NCBI GenBank assembly: GCA_043809585.1
Contig: JBDROZ010000066.1
Location: 1 to 44,134, forward strand
Direction: 5' to 3'
DNA length: 44,134 nucleotides
From: Candidatus Eiseniibacteriota bacterium
GTDB lineage: Bacteria; Orphanbacterota; Orphanbacteria; Orphanbacterales; Orphanbacteraceae
The translations under genes and the position numbers were made by a program. Every line of letters begins with the position of its first letter. Position 1 is the stretch's first letter. A model generated the notes under the pieces. It was not told where the DNA came from and made no database searches. It saw only the letters and a program-made list of their open reading frames with translations. Below, piece after piece: positions 17,096 through 25,240 of the stretch.

Positions 17096-19515
17096 CAGCG
17101 AATTCCTCCTGTCTGAGCACGGGCGGCCCGGACGTTTTCGGCGGCCGTGCGGGCGCTCGCCGAGTTCGGCTCCGCCCGGACCGCGTTCTCCCAAGCCTCG
17201 ATCGCCCGGGACATCTCTCCCAAAGCGGCGTAGGCGACGCCGAGATTCAGGTACGTATCGGTATGGGCGGGCGCGTACCGGAGGGCGAGGCGGTACTGCT
17301 CCACCGCCTGCGGGAGCATTCCCTCCTCCCGGAGCAGGTTCCCCATCCCGTAGTAGCCCATCGCGAACCGGGGATTCTGCGCGATCCCCCGGCGGAGAAA
17401 ATCGGCGGCCGCGCTCCGCTGGCCGTGCTGCTTCGCCTGCAACGCCAGATTGTAGTACGCCTCGAGGAGATTCGGGTCCGCCTCGATCGCCTTCCGGTAG
17501 TAGCCGACCGCCTTCTCCAGTTGCCCCGTCTCGCCGTAGAGATTGCCCAGATTGTAATAGGCCTCGGCGTAGTCGGGCCTGAGTTCGACCGCCTTCAGGT
17601 AGTACTTGCCCGCTTCGCTCAGCCTCTTCCCGGTCCTGTAGATCTTGCCGAGCCCGTTGTACGCCACCGGCGATTCGGGATAGATCTCGAGCTCTTTCTG
17701 GTACTCCTCGGTCGCCCGTTCGATTTCCCCCTTCAGGAACAGCGCCTCGGCGATACGGGCGTGGCCGCTCTCGAACTTCGGGTCCACCTCGAGAACGGCC
17801 CGGAGGATCTCGAGGGCTTCGTCCGCCCGCCCCTGTTGGAGCAGGGCGAATCCGAGGTTGCTCCGGGCGCTGAGATCGTTCGGGAGCATGGTGATCGCCG
17901 CGGCATAGGTGCTCTCGGCCCCCGCGTACTCCTTGAGGCCGAGACGGGCATCGCCGAGGGAGACCCTCACCCGGGGGTTGCCCGGCTCCCGCTCCGCCAG
18001 CTTCCGGAGCACTTCGAGCCCTTCGACGAGGCGTCCCCGGCCGACGAGGGACCGTCCCAAGAAGTACTCCCGGATCGTGTCGATGCGGTCCTTCGGATCG
18101 GGGAGGTCTTCCCACGGCGCGTCCGAGGGGGCCTCCTCGATGCCGCCGACATATCCGAGGGCCTCGAGACGCTCCCGGCCTTCCGCGTCGATTTCGATGA
18201 GGGCCGTTTCGGAAGATCGTTTTTCGTCCTCCGCGATCCGCTCGTCCAGCATCGACCGGAAACGGGCCGCCACCTCCCGCTCCCGCTCCGCCAAGTTGTT
18301 CCGCTCCGCCGGGTCGGCCCGGAGATCGTACAGCTCCTCCTTCGGGAGCAGGATGTACTTCCAGTCGTCGGTGCTGATCGAGCGGACCTCGCTCCAACCG
18401 TAGTCCTCCCGGGTGGAGAAGGACTCGGCGTAGTTCACGAGATCGAGCGGCGTCTCCGGGTCCGAGAGGAGGGGCGCGAGGCTCCTCCCCTCCACGCCCG
18501 GCATCGGCGGAAGGCCGAGGAGGTCGAGGACCGTCGGCGCGATGTCCACTTGCCGCGCCTGGGAGGAAATCACGGCCCCCCTCCGGAGCCCGGCGTCCCG
18601 GAAGGGCGGGCGATCGGGCCACCGAACGAGAAGAGGAACCCGGATGGTGGAGGCGTATGTGAAGATCGAGTGGGTCTCTTCGCCGTGTTCTCCGAGGCTC
18701 TCTCCGTGATCTCCGGTGAGGACCACCAGGGTGCGGTCCGCGAGCCCGAGCCGGTCGAGCTCGTCGAGGAGACGCCCCACTTCGCCGTCGACGAAGGCGA
18801 TCTCCCCGTCGTACGGATTCTCGTAGGCCGATGCGAACGGTTCGGGGGGCGCGTAGGGCCAGTGGGGATCGAAGAAGTGGACGAAGAGGAAGAACGGCTT
18901 GTCCCTCTTTTCGCGGAGCCACCCCACGGCCCGGTCGACCACATCGTCCGCCGTCCGCTCCGCCACGTCCGTGTTGCTCCCCACCCGCCGCGGCGGGAAC
19001 CGGTCGTCGTAAAGGTCGAAGCCCTGGTCCAGTCCGAAGCGGCCGTCGAGGGGGAAGGAGCCGGGAAAGGCGGCGGTCCCGTAGCCTTGGTCTTTGAGCC
19101 ACTCGGCCAGCGTCAGCTTCTCCTCCGCCAGACGGTAGGTGCCGTTGTTCCGGATGCGGTGACGATAGGGGAACTCGGCCGTGAGCAGGCTCGCGTGGGA
19201 GGGAAGGGTGATCGGGCAGACGGCGACGGCCCGGTCGAAGCGGGCGCCCTTCGCGGCGACGGCGTCGATGCGGGGCGTATCGACGTTCCCGCCGTAGCAA
19301 CCGAATCGATCGGGACGGCACGTGTCGATCGAGATCAGGAGGAGCGAGGCCCCGCTCCGCGAGAACCGTCCCTCCCCCGGAACCGACTCCCCGGCCGCCC
19401 CGCCGGGCCGCTCCTCGGCGATCCCCCGCTCTTCCCCCTTTCCGCCGCAGGCGGCGGCGAGGGCGAGAAGCAGGGACCCCACGAAAAGACAGCGCCTCTT
19501 CCCCGTCGTCCTCAT
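17095..19515 (-). CDS. Sulfatase-like (alkaline phosphatase superfamily) lipoprotein with C-terminal TPRs
   Basis: LAAAC lipobox; LLISIDTCRPD, PITLPSHASLLT, HFFDPHWPY, YDGEIAFVD, GDHGESLGEHGE, ELYDLRADPAE; TPR array. Confidence 0.88.
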   Translation of the reverse strand: MRTTGKRRCLFVGSLLLALAAACGGKGEERGIAEERPGGAAGESVPGEGRFSRSGASLLLISIDTCRPDRFGCYGGNVDTPRIDAVAAKGARFDRAVAVCPITLPSHASLLTAEFPYRHRIRNNGTYRLAEEKLTLAEWLKDQGYGTAAFPGSFPLDGRFGLDQGFDLYDDRFPPRRVGSNTDVAERTADDVVDRAVGWLREKRDKPFFLFVHFFDPHWPYAPPEPFASAYENPYDGEIAFVDGEVGRLLDELDRLGLADRTLVVLTGDHGESLGEHGEETHSIFTYASTIRVPLLVRWPDRPPFRDAGLRRGAVISSQARQVDIAPTVLDLLGLPPMPGVEGRSLAPLLSDPETPLDLVNYAESFSTREDYGWSEVRSISTDDWKYILLPKEELYDLRADPAERNNLAEREREVAARFRSMLDERIAEDEKRSSETALIEIDAEGRERLEALGYVGGIEEAPSDAPWEDLPDPKDRIDTIREYFLGRSLVGRGRLVEGLEVLRKLAEREPGNPRVRVSLGDARLGLKEYAGAESTYAAAITMLPNDLSARSNLGFALLQQGRADEALEILRAVLEVDPKFESGHARIAEALFLKGEIERATEEYQKELEIYPESPVAYNGLGKIYRTGKRLSEAGKYYLKAVELRPDYAEAYYNLGNLYGETGQLEKAVGYYRKAIEADPNLLEAYYNLALQAKQHGQRSAAADFLRRGIAQNPRFAMGYYGMGNLLREEGMLPQAVEQYRLALRYAPAHTDTYLNLGVAYAALGEMSRAIEAWENAVRAEPNSASARTAAENVRAARAQTGGIR

Positions 19516-21626
19516 CGCTTCGACTCCAGCGCCTCTTCGGCCATGCGCACGTTTTGGATCACCGGGCTCTTCGAATCGTAGGCGAGGATCTTCCGCCACG
19601 TCTCGAGGGCTTCCTCGATCTTCCCCTGATGATAGAGGAGAAGACCGATGTCGTTCCACGCGACCGAGTATCGAGGGTCGATCTCGACGGAGCGGCGGTA
19701 CTCGGCCATCGCCTCCTCCTCCCGGCCCTGCTTCTCCAGAAGGTCGCCGAGCCGGTCCCGGAGCTCCGCCTCCCGGCCGATCCGGCCCAGGCCCTCCCGC
19801 ACGGCCTTCTCCGCCGCGGCGAGATCGCCCATCCGCTCGTACGCGTTCGCCAGGTTTCTCACGATGTTGACGTCCTTCGGTTCCATGGACGCGGCCAGTT
19901 CGTACTGGCCCGCCGCCTCGTCGTAGCGCTCCAGATCCTGCAGCGCATTGCCCAGATTGTACCGGGCGGGCCAGTAGTCCGGTCGGAGGCGGACCGCCTC
20001 CCGGTACTCCACCACCGCCCGTTCGTTCTCTCCGAGAGCCCGGTGGACGACGCCGAGGTTCATGTACGCTTCGGCGAATGTCGGGATTTCCCGGACCGCC
20101 GCACGGTAGCGCTCGGAGGCTTCCCGGAGCCTCCCCTCGGCCTGATAGAGACGGCCGAGGTTGAACTCCGCCGTGGCGTGCCCCGGCAGCAGCCGGAGGG
20201 CGTCCAGAAACGCCGCCTCCGCCTCGTCCCGGTCCCCCGCCTCGTGAAGGGCGTTCCCGAGGTGCGTGAGGGAGAAGGCCCGGGCCGCCGCGTGGTCCGG
20301 CCCGAGCAGGTCGTGATTGATCAGGACGAAGAGGAGGGCGAGCGCCCCCACGAGCCAGATCCGGCCGGACCAGCGCCAACGGCGAAGAGCGTGAACGAGG
20401 GTGACGAGGCCGAGCGCCGCCGGGGCGGCAAGGGCCGCGGCGAAGGGCATCCGGTACCGGGAGTGGATGTAGAAGAGCAGCACCGAGAGGAACTGGGCCC
20501 CCAGGAAGAGCAGGAGCGGCGCCCCCCGGCGCTCGCGGAAGAGCCTCACCATCCCGAGGATGCCGAGCGGAGCGAGCAGCCCGAACATGATCGGGAAGGC
20601 CCGGAGCGTGCGCACCCGTTCCTGATGGAAGTAGAGGTCGGCGTTGTCCGGAATCTCGATGCCGTTCCAGAAGAGCACGGTCTTCCGGGCGAGAAGTTCG
20701 ACGTATCCCGCCGGGTCGCCGGCGATCCACGAGAGCCCCCGCTTGGTCCAGTACCAGGAGACCTCCGACGGCTTCAGCCTCCGGCCCGTCCTCTCCTCCG
20801 CGATCCGCTTCGAATCGTGGATGTTGATGTTCTCCGGCGTGAGAACGATCTCCTCTTCCGGGAAGGCGAAGACGCCGGACGCGGAGGCGTTGTTCCCCAT
20901 GTAGAAGTTCACGCCCCCGTGGGAGGAGACGAGCACCAGGTCTTTTCCGAGGACCATGTTTCGGGCCGTCACGGGAAGGACGGGGATCAGGAACCCGGCG
21001 ACGAGGAGAAGCACCGGCAGGGCCCGCTTCCCCTTCCGTTCGGTGAAGAGGAGCCATCCGATCAGGAAGGGGAGGAGGAGGATCAGGTTCCCCTGGACGA
21101 GCGCGCCGAGGCCGAGGAGAAGGCCGGGAACGAGAAGCCCCCGCGCCGGACCGCCCGGCCGGCGGGCAAGCAGACGATCGAGGAGGAAGAGGTCGATGAA
21201 GACCCCCGCCGCCGTGGGGAGAAGAAAGCCTTCGAAGAAGACTTCCGGACGGTAGAGCCCGAAGAGAAGAAGGGCCAAGGACCCCGCGAGAAATCCGCCG
21301 ATCCGCCGGCCGATCCGGTAGAGAAGGAACGCGCTCGCTCCGCCGAGAAGCAGCTGGAAGAAAACGACCGGGTAGACCGCGCTCCCGAGGAGCGCGTAGA
21401 ACGCCGCGAGGAAGTAGGGATAGAAGGGGTTCGTGGCGAAGACGGAGAGGGGATAACCCTCCCCCCCGGCGATCCGCCGTGCGAGCCCGTCGTACACCTG
21501 GGCGTCGACGAGGGGGTGAAGGAAGAGGGGGCGGTCCTTCACTTCGGCGAGGAAGAGGAGGCGGAGGGCTACCACGAGGAGCAGCAGGGCCCCGACGGCG
21601 ATCGCCCGTTTCGACGGGCGGCTCAC
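19512..21626 (-). CDS. GT-C fold (GT39/ArnT/PMT-like) membrane glycosyltransferase with C-terminal TPRs
   Basis: Polytopic; VDAQVYD, NPFYPYFLA, GGVNFYMGNN, SRYRMP; TPR tail; GTGA overlap. Confidence 0.8.
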   Translation of the reverse strand: MSRPSKRAIAVGALLLLVVALRLLFLAEVKDRPLFLHPLVDAQVYDGLARRIAGGEGYPLSVFATNPFYPYFLAAFYALLGSAVYPVVFFQLLLGGASAFLLYRIGRRIGGFLAGSLALLLFGLYRPEVFFEGFLLPTAAGVFIDLFLLDRLLARRPGGPARGLLVPGLLLGLGALVQGNLILLLPFLIGWLLFTERKGKRALPVLLLVAGFLIPVLPVTARNMVLGKDLVLVSSHGGVNFYMGNNASASGVFAFPEEEIVLTPENINIHDSKRIAEERTGRRLKPSEVSWYWTKRGLSWIAGDPAGYVELLARKTVLFWNGIEIPDNADLYFHQERVRTLRAFPIMFGLLAPLGILGMVRLFRERRGAPLLLFLGAQFLSVLLFYIHSRYRMPFAAALAAPAALGLVTLVHALRRWRWSGRIWLVGALALLFVLINHDLLGPDHAAARAFSLTHLGNALHEAGDRDEAEAAFLDALRLLPGHATAEFNLGRLYQAEGRLREASERYRAAVREIPTFAEAYMNLGVVHRALGENERAVVEYREAVRLRPDYWPARYNLGNALQDLERYDEAAGQYELAASMEPKDVNIVRNLANAYERMGDLAAAEKAVREGLGRIGREAELRDRLGDLLEKQGREEEAMAEYRRSVEIDPRYSVAWNDIGLLLYHQGKIEEALETWRKILAYDSKSPVIQNVRMAEEALESKR

Positions 21627-22807
21627 CTTCCGATCCTCCGGAGGGGGGGCTCGCCGGGGGGGGGCGTTTCGCCGCAAAGCGCCGTGTAGCAGCCGGCCGC
21701 CCCCCCCTCGAGACAGGGGGAGCCGGCCCGGAGACGGTAGTCGCCGTCCGCCTCGTCACAGAGGAGGGGATCGAGGAAGCGGGCGGTCCGGTCCGCCTCC
21801 GCCGCCCCCGTACCCTCCGCCCGGCCCGCGGCATGGATGACATTGCCCGAGGCGGCCAACTTCGCCGGGCCTTCGTGAAAGAGCCAGGGACCGTTGGCTC
21901 TGACCACCAGGTTCGATTCGAGATCGGCCGAGCCGTCGTGGTCGACCCGGAATCCGCCGTTCGCGGGGCCGTAGTTCCGGACCATCGTGTTCCGGTTCGC
22001 ATGGAGAAAGGCCCGCCAGGCGTAGATCGCTCCCCCCATGTAGCCGCATTCGTTCCGGGCGATCAGGTTCCCGGTCACGGTCCCCTCGATGCCCTGGAAG
22101 AAGGAGATCGCGCCCCCCCGTTTGATCGCGAAGTTCTCCTCGAACCGGTTGTTTCGGACGTCGATGACGCAGTTCCGGAGCGCCGCGAGACCGCCCCCCG
22201 AATCGGAGACCACGCGCCCCCGGAGAAAGACGTTGCCCGCCACCTCCACCCGCGCCCCGTCGAGAAGGCAGAGACCGCCGCCGTGGAACACCGCGGAGTT
22301 CCCGTCGAAGAGGTTGTTCTCGACCCGCCCCGAAGCGCCCCGGAAGTAGCAGACGCCTCCGCCGTGATAGCGCGCGTAGTTGTCCAAGAAGCGGTTCTCC
22401 CGGAGCACGACGTAAGCCTGGCCGTTGACGAAGAGTCCCCCGCCGTTCCCGTCGACCCAGCCGTTCCGGATGGTGAAACCCTCGATCCACACCTCTTCCC
22501 CCTGCCGGCCGAGGATCGTGACGACCGACTGCTCCACGCCGATCCCGTCGAGGATCGTCCGGAAACGCTCCGGGTCCCGCTCCCGAAAGTCTCGATCCCA
22601 CCCCCCGAGGAGAGTGAGCGGCTTCCGGATCATGATGTTCACTTTGTAGAGTCCCTCGGCGACGAGGATCGAGTCCCCGGGGCCGGCCCTCCCGATCGCG
22701 GAGGCGAGGGTGGCCTGGCCTGCGGAGACGCGGATCGTCGCCGCCGCGGCGGGGCCCGCGGCGAGGAGCCCGAGAGCAGAAAGAGCGAGGAGGAGACGGT
22801 AAGCCAT
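21623..22807 (-). CDS. Secreted right-handed parallel beta-helix protein
   Basis: Signal peptide; GDSILVAEGLY, GFTIRNG, repeated GGG..N..F..N; DPLLCD..DYRLRAGSPC. Confidence 0.85.
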   Translation of the reverse strand: MAYRLLLALSALGLLAAGPAAAATIRVSAGQATLASAIGRAGPGDSILVAEGLYKVNIMIRKPLTLLGGWDRDFRERDPERFRTILDGIGVEQSVVTILGRQGEEVWIEGFTIRNGWVDGNGGGLFVNGQAYVVLRENRFLDNYARYHGGGVCYFRGASGRVENNLFDGNSAVFHGGGLCLLDGARVEVAGNVFLRGRVVSDSGGGLAALRNCVIDVRNNRFEENFAIKRGGAISFFQGIEGTVTGNLIARNECGYMGGAIYAWRAFLHANRNTMVRNYGPANGGFRVDHDGSADLESNLVVRANGPWLFHEGPAKLAASGNVIHAAGRAEGTGAAEADRTARFLDPLLCDEADGDYRLRAGSPCLEGGAAGCYTALCGETPPPGEPPLRRIGR

Positions 22808-22950
22808 GGTCCCGGGATTATATCCCGAACCCCCGGGGCCGGGCAAGGAGGGGGACCTGGTTCCGATCCCTAACAATATGAAGAAGGGGCCTCCCGAGTC
22901 GGAAGCCCCCTCCGGAAAGGAGTCGAATCTAGAACTCTCGTCCCCGGCCG

Positions 22951-23583
22951 TTACCGGAAGAGCTTCTTCACCGAGCCCCAGGACTTACTCTCGGTCGGGG
23001 CCAGTTGGATGGTGTTGCAGGTCTGCCCCACGCCGGAGAAGTCGCCGGAAATGAAGTTCAGATCGAGCCAGCCGCAGAGGGTGCCGTCGAGGAGCCAGTA
23101 GATCGGACCTTCGGCGGCGATTTGAAACTGAGCGGTGCCGATAGCCGCCGGGAGGGTCATGGGATTACCGAAGGTGAAGTCCGTGGACTGGGCGAGCCAG
23201 CACTTGATGTTGGGATAAAGGGCCGTGAGAGCCGGGCTGATCGGAACGGAGCCCGGACTGTCCACCGAGTTCTGCAGAGTGGCGTCCGTCCATCCGGTCG
23301 GGGAAGTGTAGGTGAAGCCGACGCCCGTGACGAGGGAAGGCTCGGTCACGCAAAACGAACATCCGTAGGAGAGGAGGGGGTCGAGGCCCGACATGAAGGC
23401 ATTGAAAGTGTGAATCGTTCCCACGTCACCGGGACCCCACACCTGGCCGCCATCGATCGCCGAGAGGCACTGCGAGTCCCCGTCCGCGTCGAGCCCGACG
23501 AACTGGGCGCTCCACGCACCCGCCGCCGGCAGAAGACCGAGCAGAGAGCAACCCACCAAGATACCGTACCAACGCTTCCGCAT
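22951..23583 (-). CDS. Secreted beta-rich (cohesin-like) protein with C-terminal SWGxxK motif
   Basis: Signal peptide, AGGAG RBS; paralogue of 23854..24402; ends TESKSWGSVKKLFR. Confidence 0.8.
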   Translation of the reverse strand: MRKRWYGILVGCSLLGLLPAAGAWSAQFVGLDADGDSQCLSAIDGGQVWGPGDVGTIHTFNAFMSGLDPLLSYGCSFCVTEPSLVTGVGFTYTSPTGWTDATLQNSVDSPGSVPISPALTALYPNIKCWLAQSTDFTFGNPMTLPAAIGTAQFQIAAEGPIYWLLDGTLCGWLDLNFISGDFSGVGQTCNTIQLAPTESKSWGSVKKLFR

Positions 23584-23665
23584 CGCTCCACTCCTTTCCT
23601 AGCCGCCCCTCCCCTTGCAGGGCGGGCGGACATTTCCCTCCCAACGTACCAAGGATGACGCGGCT

Positions 23666-23695
23666 ACTATAGTCAGCCCCCGCCCGGGCTGTCAA
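23666..23695 (-). promoter_or_regulatory. sigma70-type promoter TTGACA-N18-TATAGT
   Basis: Near-consensus hexamers upstream of 23583. Confidence 0.6.
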
Positions 23696-23793
23696 CACGA
23701 AACTGACCGCCCCGGCGTCAAAAAGCGGTGAGGGGACAACACTTTCCGGGAGGGGATGAGAAAGGGCGGGAAAGAGCCGGGGGGGGAAAGGAA

Positions 23794-23823
23794 GAGGGGC
23801 GGTTCGCTTCCGAACCGCCCCTC
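23794..23823 (-). terminator. Intrinsic terminator
   Basis: Perfect 13-bp stem GAGGGGCGGTTCG/CGAACCGCCCCTC followed by TTCCTTT. Confidence 0.7.
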
Positions 23824-23853
23824 GAGAATCCAGACGTTGATCCGGGCTCGTTC

Positions 23854-24402
23854 CTAGCGGAACAGACCCTTCACAGCGCCCCAGCTCGACTCTTCGGTCG
23901 ATTGGGGAATGTCGCCGATCTTGACCGTGCCGGCGAGAGTGTTCGCGTTGTCCATCACGCCCGAAATGAAGTTAATGTCGAGCCAGCCCGCATCACCGAA
24001 GGTGATGTCGTCGATCGACTGATCGACGGCGGCGTGGAACGTGAACGTTCCGACCAACCACGGCAGAGGCATCGGGGCCGTGAAGCTGAAGTCCGTCGCC
24101 TGAACCGTGATGCATCCGTCGGCACCGACCTGAACCGCAGCGTTGGTCCACCCGGCCGGCGTGCTGTAGACGAAGCCCTGGAACTCGAGCGACCCATCGA
24201 AGTTGCAAACGATGCAGCCCCAGCTGAAGAGCATGTTCGGGCCGTAGATCCAGAGGTCACCCGTGACGTAGTCGCTGACCATCACCTCGATGAAGTCAGG
24301 ACCATCGCCCTGGACGCCGTTCAGATCCAGCTCGACGGTGTACTGAGCGTGGGCCACTGCCGCAAACGCGAGCATGGCGACCACAGCAAAAGCCTTCTTC
24401 AT
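23854..24402 (-). CDS. Secreted beta-rich (cohesin-like) protein with C-terminal SWGxxK motif
   Basis: AAAGGAG RBS; signal peptide ending AHA; ends TEESSWGAVKGLFR. Confidence 0.85.
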   Translation of the reverse strand: MKKAFAVVAMLAFAAVAHAQYTVELDLNGVQGDGPDFIEVMVSDYVTGDLWIYGPNMLFSWGCIVCNFDGSLEFQGFVYSTPAGWTNAAVQVGADGCITVQATDFSFTAPMPLPWLVGTFTFHAAVDQSIDDITFGDAGWLDINFISGVMDNANTLAGTVKIGDIPQSTEESSWGAVKGLFR

Positions 24403-24572
24403 GCGTGTAAGCTCCTTTCTTCCCTAATCGGAAGGTTTAAACCTGGCTTTCACTGATGCGCCGCAAGCCGGTCCGGGGACCCACTCCCATCTCGGCCGCA
24501 TGATCCGATCGTCCCTGACGCGCTTCCCAACGCGAATTACGATCGGACGCACATCCCTTGAAAGCACCTCGA

Positions 24573-24602
24573 ATTCTACCAGGAGCGGACCATCGGTGTC
24601 AA
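24573..24602 (-). promoter_or_regulatory. sigma70-type promoter TTGACA-N18-TAGAAT with TG
   Basis: Near-consensus; gives a ~165-nt leader to 24402. Confidence 0.65.
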
Positions 24603-24902
24603 CCAGAAACTAACGAAAACCGGTCGAACCGATCAATTCCCCTCCCCGGTGAGAATTTCCGAACCTCCTGAGAACCAATCCCTAACGATCCATGAAGCCG
24701 TTTCCACGGCCCCGGGGAACTCTCCCCCCTAGTATCGGCCGGAAGGGCTAATACCTTTGACCGTGGAGGCTTCGAACGTTCGCTCCGGGGCGGACGAGCC
24801 GCCCCGGCGGTAAGGCCGACACCCTACCCATCCTGCGATGGTAGCCTTGACGCTTTCTAAGCACCACCTCCTCCGGTCCGGGTAATTGTCTGAACCGATA
24901 AC

Positions 24903-24932
24903 AGGATACCACAAAGAAGGATGGCCTGTCAA
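24903..24932 (-). promoter_or_regulatory. sigma70-type promoter TTGACA-N18-TATCCT with TG
   Basis: In a long intergenic region, upstream of a GGAGGAGG RBS. Confidence 0.55.
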
Positions 24933-25186
24933 TCGCCACGTGGGGGCGTCCCGGGGGCTCCCTCCCCCCATGGCACCTAATGAACTGTAGTCCAGGAAGT
25001 TATGAGGCGCAAGCCGATCTGTATCAAGATTGACCAGGAGCGTCTGAGCGGAGGAGGGTCCCGAACGGGAAGTGTTCACCAAAGGCAAGTCTTTGTTTTC
25101 TATCAAGATAGCCCGGTAGCTCCTTCTTCGGCCGGAAAGCCGGCGCGCGAGGACTGCAACGGACCGTCCGTGGGGAGAAACGAGAA

Positions 25187-25215
25187 CCGGCCCCCTCGGA
25201 AACCGAGAGGGCCGG
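25187..25215 (-). terminator. Intrinsic terminator
   Basis: 13-bp stem (one G-U) followed by TTCTCGTTTCT, just after stop of 25241..25948. Confidence 0.65.
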
Positions 25216-25240
25216 CCGGATTCTAATGACGATTCAAAAC

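Noticed and set aside
15779-22002. Giant fused ORFs of 1180 and 1635 aa in the ORF track
   Set aside because: N-terminal extensions are off-frame read-through of upstream genes; true starts at 17095 and 19515 have stop/start overlaps and signal peptides
25020-25112. Two TATCAAGAT copies in intergenic DNA
   Set aside because: Short, do not fit the full IHF consensus, could be chance
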